This document shows positions 26,693 through 34,504 of a stretch of 64,000 nucleotides of DNA, piece by piece (the stretch's first letter is position 1; every line of letters begins with the position of its first letter). The notes under the pieces are model-generated. The model ran no database searches. It saw only the letters and a list, made by a program, of their open reading frames with translations, and was not told the DNA's origin. The stretch is from the NCBI GenBank assembly GCA_013288205.1, contig JABDCH010000002.1, forward strand, positions 1,213 to 65,212, written 5' to 3'. The stretch comes from Bacteroidota bacterium. GTDB lineage: Bacteria; Bacteroidota; Bacteroidia; JABEUT01. Both the position numbers and the translations under genes were made by a program.

Positions 26693-28630
26693 ATGAAAAG
26701 TAAACTATTTCAAAGAAAATCGCAGGAGCAAATATTAGCCCAGCTTGATGCCGATGAGAAAGGTAATCACTTGAACCGGGTTCTGTCGGTGCGCGATTTA
26801 ACTGCCCTGGGAATTGCTGCCGTAATTGGCGCAGGAATTTTTTCAACTGTTGGCAAGGCCTGCTTTTTTGGTGGACCAGGCGTTATTTTTCTATTCATCA
26901 TTACCGCTGTTGTGTGTGCCTTTTCTGCCTTGTGCTATGCCGAGTTTGCTTCGCGCGTGCCTATTTCAGGTAGCGCCTATACATATTCGTACGTGGCTTT
27001 CGGAGAACTTATTGCCTGGATTATTGGGTGGGATTTAATTATGGAATATGCCATCGGAAATATTGTGGTTGCCATTTCATGGTCGAGTAATTTCACCAGT
27101 TTTTTAGATAAAATGAATGCAGGTATTCACCTGCGGTTTCCGCATACATTCGTCAATCTGCATGTTCCCGATTTCCTGTCCAATGGCTTTCGCCAAATAT
27201 ACCTGGGGCATCAATCTTTTACAGAGCTTGTAGCCAAACATCTGCCTGTTCCTGCTGATGTAGCAGGCATGAATAATCTCTGGAATACTGCTCCACATAT
27301 TGGTTCTATTCCTATTATTATGAATCTTCCCGCATTTGTCATTACGTTTTTTATCACCTGGCTGGTATTTGTAGGCATTCGTGAATCGCGCACTTCGAGC
27401 AACCTGATGGTAGCATTCAAGCTTATTGTAATTATGCTGGTTATAGCAGTTGGTTTTTTTTATGTGCACACCACCAACTGGACTCCCTTTGTACCTAATG
27501 GGTTTGGTGGAGTGATGCGGGGAGTATCCGATGTGTTCTTTGCCTATATTGGTTTTGATGCTATTTCAACTACGGCGGAAGAATGCAAAAACCCTCAGCG
27601 CGATTTGCCTAGGGGAATGATGTATTCGCTCATAATTTGTACTGTATTATATATTTTAATTGCCCTAGTGCTAACCGGAATGGTAAATTATACCCACCTT
27701 AATGTAGGCGATTTTCTGGCAGATGCTTTTCATCAAAACGGACTCAACTGGTTAAGCGGAATATTGGCTTTGAGTGCAGTAATTGCAACAACCAGCGTAT
27801 TATTGGTTTTTCAACTGGGTCAACCCAGGATATGGATGAGCATGAGCCGTGATGGTTTATTACCAAAACGATTTTCGAAATTGCATCCCAAGTACCATAC
27901 ACCGGGATTCTCTACAATTATGACAGGATTAATGGTTGGTATACCTGCTTTATTCCTCGATTCTGATTTAGTTACCGACTTAACAAGTATAGGCACTCTT
28001 TTCGCCTTTGCTTTGGTTTGCGGAGGCATTCTTCTATTACCAAGAACAGAGAAAGAAAAAGGAAGATTTCGGGTTCCTTTTGTCGGAGGAAGATATTGGG
28101 TTGGGCTGTTATTACTAATAGTTGCGGGTTTTGCATTATCATTTAATAAAGATAGATGCATTGATTTTCTGCAATCGCGTTCTTTAAAACCTGCCGTCGA
28201 ATTGGTAAGTTCATTACAACCGGCTGAAGTTGCTACGGTTACTTCCATAACGTATAAAACAAATCATGCAGCATCAGCCATAACGAAAGATTCTTTAGCT
28301 AATTACCTTTCAACGTTGGATGATGACCAATATGCTATGCTGATAAGAGGACTTAATATACCTGAAACAGAAAAATTTAATAGCGGAATAAGTGTTTTTG
28401 TAGATAACAGTACATTTTGGATTTTTATTTTGTTATCCATCGTAATGACTGTTAGTAGCTTCGTTAAAAACCTTTCACTCATACCCGTACTTGGGCTTCT
28501 TTCCTGTTTTTACCTGATTACCGAATTAGGGCTTACCAATTGGCTCCGCTTTATTGTATGGCTCATTATCGGGTTGGTCATTTACTTCACCTACGGTATT
28601 AAAAACAGCAAATTGCGGGTAAATTCGTAA
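26693..28630 (+). CDS. APC-superfamily amino acid permease (cationic amino acid transporter-like, with C-terminal extension)
   Basis: 645 aa. 'LGIAAVIGAGIF', 'YAEFASRVPISGSAYTYSY' and 'FFAYIGFDAISTTAEE.KNPQRD.P' are APC/CAT blocks. A ~100-aa soluble insert precedes the last two helices. Confidence 0.85.
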   Translation: MKSKLFQRKSQEQILAQLDADEKGNHLNRVLSVRDLTALGIAAVIGAGIFSTVGKACFFGGPGVIFLFIITAVVCAFSALCYAEFASRVPISGSAYTYSYVAFGELIAWIIGWDLIMEYAIGNIVVAISWSSNFTSFLDKMNAGIHLRFPHTFVNLHVPDFLSNGFRQIYLGHQSFTELVAKHLPVPADVAGMNNLWNTAPHIGSIPIIMNLPAFVITFFITWLVFVGIRESRTSSNLMVAFKLIVIMLVIAVGFFYVHTTNWTPFVPNGFGGVMRGVSDVFFAYIGFDAISTTAEECKNPQRDLPRGMMYSLIICTVLYILIALVLTGMVNYTHLNVGDFLADAFHQNGLNWLSGILALSAVIATTSVLLVFQLGQPRIWMSMSRDGLLPKRFSKLHPKYHTPGFSTIMTGLMVGIPALFLDSDLVTDLTSIGTLFAFALVCGGILLLPRTEKEKGRFRVPFVGGRYWVGLLLLIVAGFALSFNKDRCIDFLQSRSLKPAVELVSSLQPAEVATVTSITYKTNHAASAITKDSLANYLSTLDDDQYAMLIRGLNIPETEKFNSGISVFVDNSTFWIFILLSIVMTVSSFVKNLSLIPVLGLLSCFYLITELGLTNWLRFIVWLIIGLVIYFTYGIKNSKLRVNS

Positions 28631-28635
28631 ATTTG
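28628..28635 (+). promoter_or_regulatory. -7 box TAAATTTG for the 28658 outer-membrane protein gene
   Basis: TAnnTTTG match that overlaps the permease stop codon, 22 nt upstream of ATG 28658. Confidence 0.35.
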
Positions 28636-28657
28636 TATTTTATTCTCTATATTCCAG

Positions 28658-29458
28658 ATGCCGGGCGGGAAAATTCTTGGTTTAGTAATTCTTTTTTGTT
28701 TGCTGATGGGAAATAAGTCCTTTTGCCAGGACGACCCTACGTATTTGTTTCACGAAGACCGTGTTACATCGCATGCCCCCTTTCAGGAATTTCATAACCG
28801 CCCGTTTAAAACAAGCATAGATGCCGGAGTAGTTTTCGGCTTTACCGGTGTTTCGGGTATTTATACAAACTATGTCAACAACCTTTCCGCTAAAACGGGG
28901 TATACGTTCGGGCTTATTGAAGAAATTCCGGTTCAGAAACGTTCGTATGTGGATATAGGAATTGAAATATTGCAGGATGGAGTATCTTTTAACTCTTACT
29001 TTTTTTCATTCGATGGTTCAAGTATTTATAATGGTGTTGAACCGTATACCCACAATGTTACCATGAATGAGATACAAGTGCCCATATTGTTCAAATTTCC
29101 TCTGGGCCCCACCGACCGCAAGCTGCGTAGCATCTATATGACTGCAGGCGTAAAATTCCGGTATATTTCCTTTACAAATTCAACTGTTACCAATGATTCT
29201 ACAGGGTACCTTACCTGGGAAGGAGAAAAAGATGTTACCTCTCTCTATAAAATGTTTTCACCTTTTGGCAATGCAATTGCCGAAATGAGCATAGGCTACC
29301 AGCGTAATGCCCGTAAGAAGAAACGACGGGGCTGGTACATGAACCTGGAATATAATTACGGGCTTTCACCGCTGGAATATTCAGGTAACAGGGCAGGTTC
29401 TAATTATATCGTCTTTCGGCTGAACAGTCTTATATTTAAAGTAGGAAAGATTTTTTAG
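28658..29458 (+). CDS. Outer-membrane beta-barrel (porin-family/PorT-like) protein
   Basis: 266 aa. Signal peptide, alternating beta-strand pattern and a C-terminal 'FKVGKIF' ending in Phe. Confidence 0.5.
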   Translation: MPGGKILGLVILFCLLMGNKSFCQDDPTYLFHEDRVTSHAPFQEFHNRPFKTSIDAGVVFGFTGVSGIYTNYVNNLSAKTGYTFGLIEEIPVQKRSYVDIGIEILQDGVSFNSYFFSFDGSSIYNGVEPYTHNVTMNEIQVPILFKFPLGPTDRKLRSIYMTAGVKFRYISFTNSTVTNDSTGYLTWEGEKDVTSLYKMFSPFGNAIAEMSIGYQRNARKKKRRGWYMNLEYNYGLSPLEYSGNRAGSNYIVFRLNSLIFKVGKIF

Positions 29459-29485
29459 TTTTGTCCTAAGCTTTAATCTTTTCAT

Positions 29486-30550
29486 TTGCAATACACTAAA
29501 AATACGTATAAGCGACTTTTTTTGTGGCTACTGACACTTACGTTGACAGTAGTGATTTTGCAGAATTTTGTAGGTGAAACGTATTTTATTCCATCCTCTT
29601 CCATGGAAGATGATCTCCTCACCGGCGATTTTATATGGGTGAATAAGTTTGATTACGGCCCCCGCTTTCCTCAAACCTTGCTTTCCATCCCGCTTATGAA
29701 AGACTATCTTCCATTTTCACAAACGGTTCATTCCTATCTCAGTTGGATTGAATTGCCCTATTTCCGCCTGCCCGGGATTGAAAAAATTAAACGCAATGAT
29801 GTAATTGTTTTTAATTTTCCGGGAGAAGATAGTGTCCCGGTCGATAAGAAATCGAATTTTGTGAAGCGTTGCATTGGCCTGCCCGGTGATACCTTAAAAA
29901 TAGATGACAAGGATGTGTTGATTAACCGAAAAATAATTGGATCGCCCCTTAAAGCAAAGTATTCGTATGAGGTTTTTGCAACCATAGATAGCCTAAGCTC
30001 TTATTTATACAGAACGCTTCATGTAACTGAAGGGGGATTGATTTCGTCGGATAATAAATATATTTTCCTGATGACCGAAGCGCAGGCCGATTCGGTTAGC
30101 AAGATGGATGGAATATTACATATGGAACGATTGTCTGTTCAATATCCCACTCCCGATATGTTCCCGGGCGGAAGATTTTCTTTATGGAATAAAGACAACT
30201 ATGGCCCCATTGTGATTCCTGAAAAAGGAAAAACCATTCACCTGAATGTAGATAGCCTTGTATTGTATGACAGGCTAATAACGGTTTATGAAAAGCATAC
30301 ATTGAATGTTCAGCATGACTCCGTTTTTATAGATGGGAAGTACGCAACAACGTATACATTTAAGATGAGCTATTATTTTGTGCTGGGTGATAACAGGGAT
30401 AACTCAGCCGATTCCCGTTTTTGGGGTTTTGTGCCCGAAAGCTACATTATCGGCAAGGCCTCATTTGTTATTTTATCACTCAAGCAAAATGAGGAGAAGT
30501 CGGCCTGGAAGGGTATAAATTGGAGTCACTCATTCACATTAATCAGGTAA
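29486..30550 (+). CDS. lepB: Signal peptidase I
   Basis: '[20 protein letters not shown]' carries the catalytic Ser; '[10 protein letters not shown]' and '[17 protein letters not shown]' follow. The start codon is uncertain: TTG at 29486, or TTG at 29522. Confidence 0.85.
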   Translation: MQYTKNTYKRLFLWLLTLTLTVVILQNFVGETYFIPSSSMEDDLLTGDFIWVNKFDYGPRFPQTLLSIPLMKDYLPFSQTVHSYLSWIELPYFRLPGIEKIKRNDVIVFNFPGEDSVPVDKKSNFVKRCIGLPGDTLKIDDKDVLINRKIIGSPLKAKYSYEVFATIDSLSSYLYRTLHVTEGGLISSDNKYIFLMTEAQADSVSKMDGILHMERLSVQYPTPDMFPGGRFSLWNKDNYGPIVIPEKGKTIHLNVDSLVLYDRLITVYEKHTLNVQHDSVFIDGKYATTYTFKMSYYFVLGDNRDNSADSRFWGFVPESYIIGKASFVILSLKQNEEKSAWKGINWSHSFTLIR

Positions 30551-30555
30551 TACCA

Positions 30556-30563
30556 TACATTTG
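30556..30563 (+). promoter_or_regulatory. -7 box TACATTTG for the DUF1015 gene
   Basis: TAnnTTTG match 8 nt upstream of ATG 30572, so the mRNA would be nearly leaderless. Confidence 0.4.
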
Positions 30564-30571
30564 CAGGGTTT

Positions 30572-31807
30572 ATGAGTACCATTACCCCATTTTCAGCACT
30601 GCGCCCAGCTCCTGGTAAAGTGTCTAAAGTTGCCACCCATTCGGTTGAACGTTATACAAAGGAAGAAATAGAGTATCAGCTTGCCGATAATCCTTTTTCG
30701 TTTTTACATGTGATCAATCCTGAATCGGATAACTGGCATGCAGCACAAACGGAAGCGCATTTACATTCTGTGCGGAATAAACTGGCCGAATTTGTGAACA
30801 AGCAAATATTTGTCAGGGATGAAGAGCCCTGCTTTTATGTGTACCGCCAAATAAAGAATGGCCGCCACCATTTAGGTATAATGGGTCTGGCTTCGGTAGA
30901 TGACTATAAAAAGGGCCTGATTAAGATACACGAGCAAACACTTGCACATCGGGAAGAAAAATTAAAAGAATACCTCGATATATGTGAATTTAATGCAGAG
31001 CCTGTTTGTCTCACTTATCCACACAACGCAGGATTAAATAATATAATGCAGGCTAAAACAAAGGAAGCTCCCATATATGATTATGTTGTGGATGGAATAA
31101 GTCACAGTGTATGGATTGTAAATAAACCCAAAGAGATAGAAGCCATACAACAGCATTTCAAAAACATACCGGCTATTTATATCGCCGACGGACATCATCG
31201 CGCGGCATCATCTGCCCGCCTGGCAGAAAAGAGAAAAACAGCAAACCCCAATCATACAGGGAAAGAAGCCTATAATTTTTTTACAGCGGCTCTTTTTGCC
31301 GATGATGAACTTACCATTTTCAGCTACAACCGCATCGTACACACCCTTAACGGGCATACCCCAGATTCTTTTTTGGATGAGCTTAAAAAGAAATTCCCGT
31401 TATCCGTATACGATGAAAAAAGCGCAAATCACCCTGAAAGTAATGCGATTTTTATTTATATAGGAAAGAATTGGCATACCATCCATATTGATAAGGTAAA
31501 GAATCATCCTGAAGATGCCGTTAATAATTTAGATGTAAGTATCCTTTCCAATCACATACTGTCACCAATACTTGATATTAAAGATTTACGGAATGATAAA
31601 CGGATTTCTTTTTTGCCGGGTATAAAAACCAAAGAAGAGATTGAGAACACGGTTAATTCAGGAAAAGCCGTGGCGGCGTTCTGTCTATATCCCGTTTCTT
31701 TTGATGAGCTTATTTCTGTTGCAAACTCGGGCAAGGAAATGCCCCCAAAGTCAACTTGGATAGAACCAAAGCTGGAAAGCGGGCTGCTTATTTATTCCTT
31801 TGCCTAA
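30572..31807 (+). CDS. DUF1015 domain-containing protein
   Basis: 411 aa. N-terminal 'ITPFSALRPAPG' and 'IYIADGHHRAAS' are characteristic of DUF1015. Confidence 0.7.
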   Translation: MSTITPFSALRPAPGKVSKVATHSVERYTKEEIEYQLADNPFSFLHVINPESDNWHAAQTEAHLHSVRNKLAEFVNKQIFVRDEEPCFYVYRQIKNGRHHLGIMGLASVDDYKKGLIKIHEQTLAHREEKLKEYLDICEFNAEPVCLTYPHNAGLNNIMQAKTKEAPIYDYVVDGISHSVWIVNKPKEIEAIQQHFKNIPAIYIADGHHRAASSARLAEKRKTANPNHTGKEAYNFFTAALFADDELTIFSYNRIVHTLNGHTPDSFLDELKKKFPLSVYDEKSANHPESNAIFIYIGKNWHTIHIDKVKNHPEDAVNNLDVSILSNHILSPILDIKDLRNDKRISFLPGIKTKEEIENTVNSGKAVAAFCLYPVSFDELISVANSGKEMPPKSTWIEPKLESGLLIYSFA

Positions 31808-31819
31808 AGGAACAGAGTA

Positions 31820-32779
31820 TCAAAAAAATGTTCTTTGGCGGTTGCTCCTGCTTCTATATCTGTTATTGCGACCATGTTGCAGGGTAAGAGCGGGATGATA
31901 AGTGGCAGAAATAAACATGAACATATAAGTATTGCATTCTGCCGGATCACCACGTTCCTGTCCCGGAGAGTCTTGGCCATGTATAAGACCGCGTGATGGG
32001 TCTGCAAAATAAGCGGCAATAGGCCCTTTATATTTTAAAATCTCAGCTTTGTTAAAATAATTTCCCTGTGTGTCATCTATATAGCCTGTATTTGTCCACA
32101 TTCTGTCAGAAAGCTCTAACCCAATACTCCATTTAGCATTCAGCACATAGTTTAAGCCAACTCCCATAGGAAGGCATATAGCAAAAGGCGAATATTGCGC
32201 AGGCCCTCCCGGCAATCCTTCACCTTCCGTGCTTAACGGACGCAGGTTATACCATTCACTGGTATTCATGCCGGGAGGAGGTGGGGGGCCGCCCGGGTTG
32301 TATCTTCCCTGTACATTGAAATAAAATACTCCAATGCCACCAAAAAGGTAAAAATCCCATCTGGAAGGGCGTTGGTCTCCGTTTTTCCAACTTTTTGATT
32401 TCAGGAAATGATATTCTCCCTGGAAGGAAGGTTCGATGATTTGGGTGCGGAAATCCTGGTTGCGGTTATACCTGCATTTATTTCCGCTCAGGTTATCGTT
32501 CCCATATAGCTCACCAAGTGTAAGTATTCCTTTAATAGAGAAGTGGGTGGAAATACGTTTCCGGTAACCTAAAAATCCACCAAAACGGATAGCCTGGGAG
32601 TTAAAATCGCGTAAAAAATGAGTGCCAACTGACGTGGAGCCACCAATATCAGTCATTGCATTGGATGGCCCAATTCCGAAAACATATCCCGAACGGTTTG
32701 CAGACTGATCAGAAAAAGACTGAGCATATTCTGCAGCCGGAATTATAAGCGTAAATAATAGTAACAGTTTTGTTTTCAT
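31820..32779 (-). CDS. DUF6089-like outer-membrane beta-barrel protein, paralog 1
   Basis: I prefer the start at MKTKLLLL (signal peptide 'AAEYAQS'). It shares long blocks with the next gene, including 'YNPGGPPPPPGMNTSEWYNLRPLSTEGEGLPGGP'. Confidence 0.6.
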   Translation of the reverse strand: MKTKLLLLFTLIIPAAEYAQSFSDQSANRSGYVFGIGPSNAMTDIGGSTSVGTHFLRDFNSQAIRFGGFLGYRKRISTHFSIKGILTLGELYGNDNLSGNKCRYNRNQDFRTQIIEPSFQGEYHFLKSKSWKNGDQRPSRWDFYLFGGIGVFYFNVQGRYNPGGPPPPPGMNTSEWYNLRPLSTEGEGLPGGPAQYSPFAICLPMGVGLNYVLNAKWSIGLELSDRMWTNTGYIDDTQGNYFNKAEILKYKGPIAAYFADPSRGLIHGQDSPGQERGDPAECNTYMFMFISATYHPALTLQHGRNNRYRSRSNRQRTFF

Positions 32780-32799
32780 AGTGTCGTTTTTTAATGACA

Positions 32800-32807
32800 C
32801 AAAACTA
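32800..32807 (-). promoter_or_regulatory. -7 box TAGTTTTG (minus strand) for DUF6089 paralog 1
   Basis: Plus-strand CAAAACTA, 20 nt upstream of ATG 32779. Confidence 0.4.
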
Positions 32808-33000
32808 TTTCGCTCTATAGCTTATTACATTGATTAATAATGTGCTTTATATTGATTTATATCATGTTTTTACATACCTGTACCGGCAATTTTTTTAACA
32901 TGATTTAAGGACTATTTTTTAATGAGAGAAATCATAGGAAGAATCTAAATTCTGCTATTATTTTAACTCTATTTTTTAGTTGAGTTAGAGTAGGTACATG

Positions 33001-33038
33001 TAAGATAAAAGCCTTCCCCGTTTTTCCGGAAAGGCTTT
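33001..33038 (-). terminator. Hairpin terminator after DUF6089 paralog 2
   Basis: AAAGCCTTCC (33008-17) pairs with GGAAAGGCTTT (33028-38) with a one-base bulge. On the minus strand it is followed by TTTTATCTT. Confidence 0.55.
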
Positions 33039-33091
33039 TATGAGAAGCTTATAAGAAGATGAATTTACTAACCTACCCCAACCGGGATAGT

Positions 33092-34105
33092 TTAATAAAA
33101 CTTTCCTCTTCCATGCCTGATATGGTTGGTGTGTATCTTCCTGCTTTTAAAAGTACTTCTATGGAAGTTAAAACTGGGATGGTAATTCACGCAAAGAAAC
33201 ATGAACATATAGCTGTCATTAAATTTTGGATTACCGCGTTCCTGCCCTGTTAAATCCTGGTCCTGTATAATGCCTTTTGAAGGATCTGCAAAGTAGGCTG
33301 CAATAGGTCCTTTGTATTTTGCAATTGTTGCCTGATTAAAATAATTTCCATGGGTATCATCCAGGTAGTCGGTGCTTGTCCATAGTCTGTCGGAAAACTC
33401 CAGGCCAACGCTCCAATTAGAGTTTAAGGCATATTTTATACCTATACCTACCGGGACGCAAATAGCAAAAGGTGAATAAGTAGACGGGCCCCCGGGCAAC
33501 CCTTCGCCTTCGGTACTTAAGGGACGCAGGTTATACCATTCATCGGTGTTCATACCGGGAGGAGGAGGTGGGCCGCCGGGGTTGTATTTGCCTTGAGGAT
33601 TAAAATAAAAAAAACCTAAACCGCCGAAAACATAAAGGTCCCATCGGGAAGGACGATGAATCTGATTATTTTGTTCATCATTATCCTCATTTTGTGTAAC
33701 CGTATCTTTCGAAGCTTTTTTAGGCTTGATTAAATGATACTCTGCCTGCACGGACGGTTCAATAATAAATGTACGGAAATCCTGGTTCCGGTTTGATCGG
33801 AACGTATTAATGCTCAGGTCATCATTTCCATATAGTTCGCCAAGAGTGAGAACCCCTTTCACCGAAAATGAACGGGAAATTTTTTTGCGGTAGCCTGCGA
33901 AACCACCGTAGCGAATAGACTTTGAATTAAAGTCACGTAGAAAATGCGAGCCATCAATGGCTGCTCCACCTATGTCGGTAAGTGCATTAGACGGTCCTGT
34001 TCCAAATGCATATTCAGAGCGATTGACAGGTTGATCACCTAAAACCTGGGAAGAGGCTGCAAATGGAATAGCAATTATAAAAATGGTAAAGAGGTTCTTT
34101 TTCAT
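33092..34105 (-). CDS. DUF6089-like outer-membrane beta-barrel protein, paralog 2
   Basis: 337 aa. Signal peptide 'FAASSQ'. Colinear with paralog 1 ('LTDIGGA', 'HFLRDFNS', 'GVLTLGELYGNDD', 'YNPGGPPPPPGMNTDEWYNLRPLSTEGEGLPGGP', 'KYKGPIAAYFADPS'). It carries an extra acidic insert, 'TQNEDNDEQNNQ'. Confidence 0.6.
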   Translation of the reverse strand: MKKNLFTIFIIAIPFAASSQVLGDQPVNRSEYAFGTGPSNALTDIGGAAIDGSHFLRDFNSKSIRYGGFAGYRKKISRSFSVKGVLTLGELYGNDDLSINTFRSNRNQDFRTFIIEPSVQAEYHLIKPKKASKDTVTQNEDNDEQNNQIHRPSRWDLYVFGGLGFFYFNPQGKYNPGGPPPPPGMNTDEWYNLRPLSTEGEGLPGGPSTYSPFAICVPVGIGIKYALNSNWSVGLEFSDRLWTSTDYLDDTHGNYFNQATIAKYKGPIAAYFADPSKGIIQDQDLTGQERGNPKFNDSYMFMFLCVNYHPSFNFHRSTFKSRKIHTNHIRHGRGKFY

Positions 34106-34226
34106 AGAGTGGTTTTTTAATACAATGAAAGTTCCTTCACGCTATAAAAAAGTTCTTTTTTATAGCGTGATTTTTTGGTGTGATAAAACTGGCTTCACTC
34201 TATAACAGGTTCTTATTCGTAGAGTG
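34094..34226 (-). repeat. ~57-58 bp tandem repeat (2 full copies plus a partial one that includes the start codon), with two hairpins
   Basis: Read on the minus strand: CACTCTACGAATAAGAAC (34226-34209), CACGCTATAAAAAAGAAC (34169-34152) and CACTCTATGAAAAAGAAC (34111-34094, containing the real ATG). Copy 2 is part of a perfect 32-nt palindrome at 34138-34169. Copy 1 is part of the imperfect palindrome CACTCTA..TAGAGTG at 34196-34226. Confidence 0.8.
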
Positions 34227-34437
34227 AATTTGATGTCGCGAAAGTACCTGGTGGTTTACCTAACTTTACTGATCTATAGCATGTTTTGCGATTATTTATT
34301 TTTTCAAAACATGACCCTTTCACTTGTTTTCTAATTAAAAAAGTATACGTGGCTCCATTTTTTAAAAACATGATTTTGATGGTTGGTTTTTTATTGAAAA
34401 ATTGTATGGCAGCGCAAAACTGGCTGTATATAATACG

Positions 34438-34458
34438 AAAACCCTCCTTGTGGGAGGG
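34438..34458 (-). terminator. Rho-independent terminator after the T9SS cargo gene
   Basis: On the minus strand, CCCTCC-CACAA-GGAGGG is followed by TTTT (plus-strand stem 34442-47 / 34453-58, A-run 34438-41). It lies 47 nt after the stop at 34505. Confidence 0.6.
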
Positions 34459-34504
34459 CTTTCGCATATACCGGTGTTTTTTTGGAGACCTGTTATTACC
34501 GGAA

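Noticed and set aside
34094-34226. Whether the 57-bp repeats, the heptamer tracts or the tRNA spacers could be a CRISPR array.
   Set aside because: There are only 2-3 units and no unique spacers of regular length. The repeats overlap a start codon or sit inside a CDS. No cas genes occur anywhere in the window.
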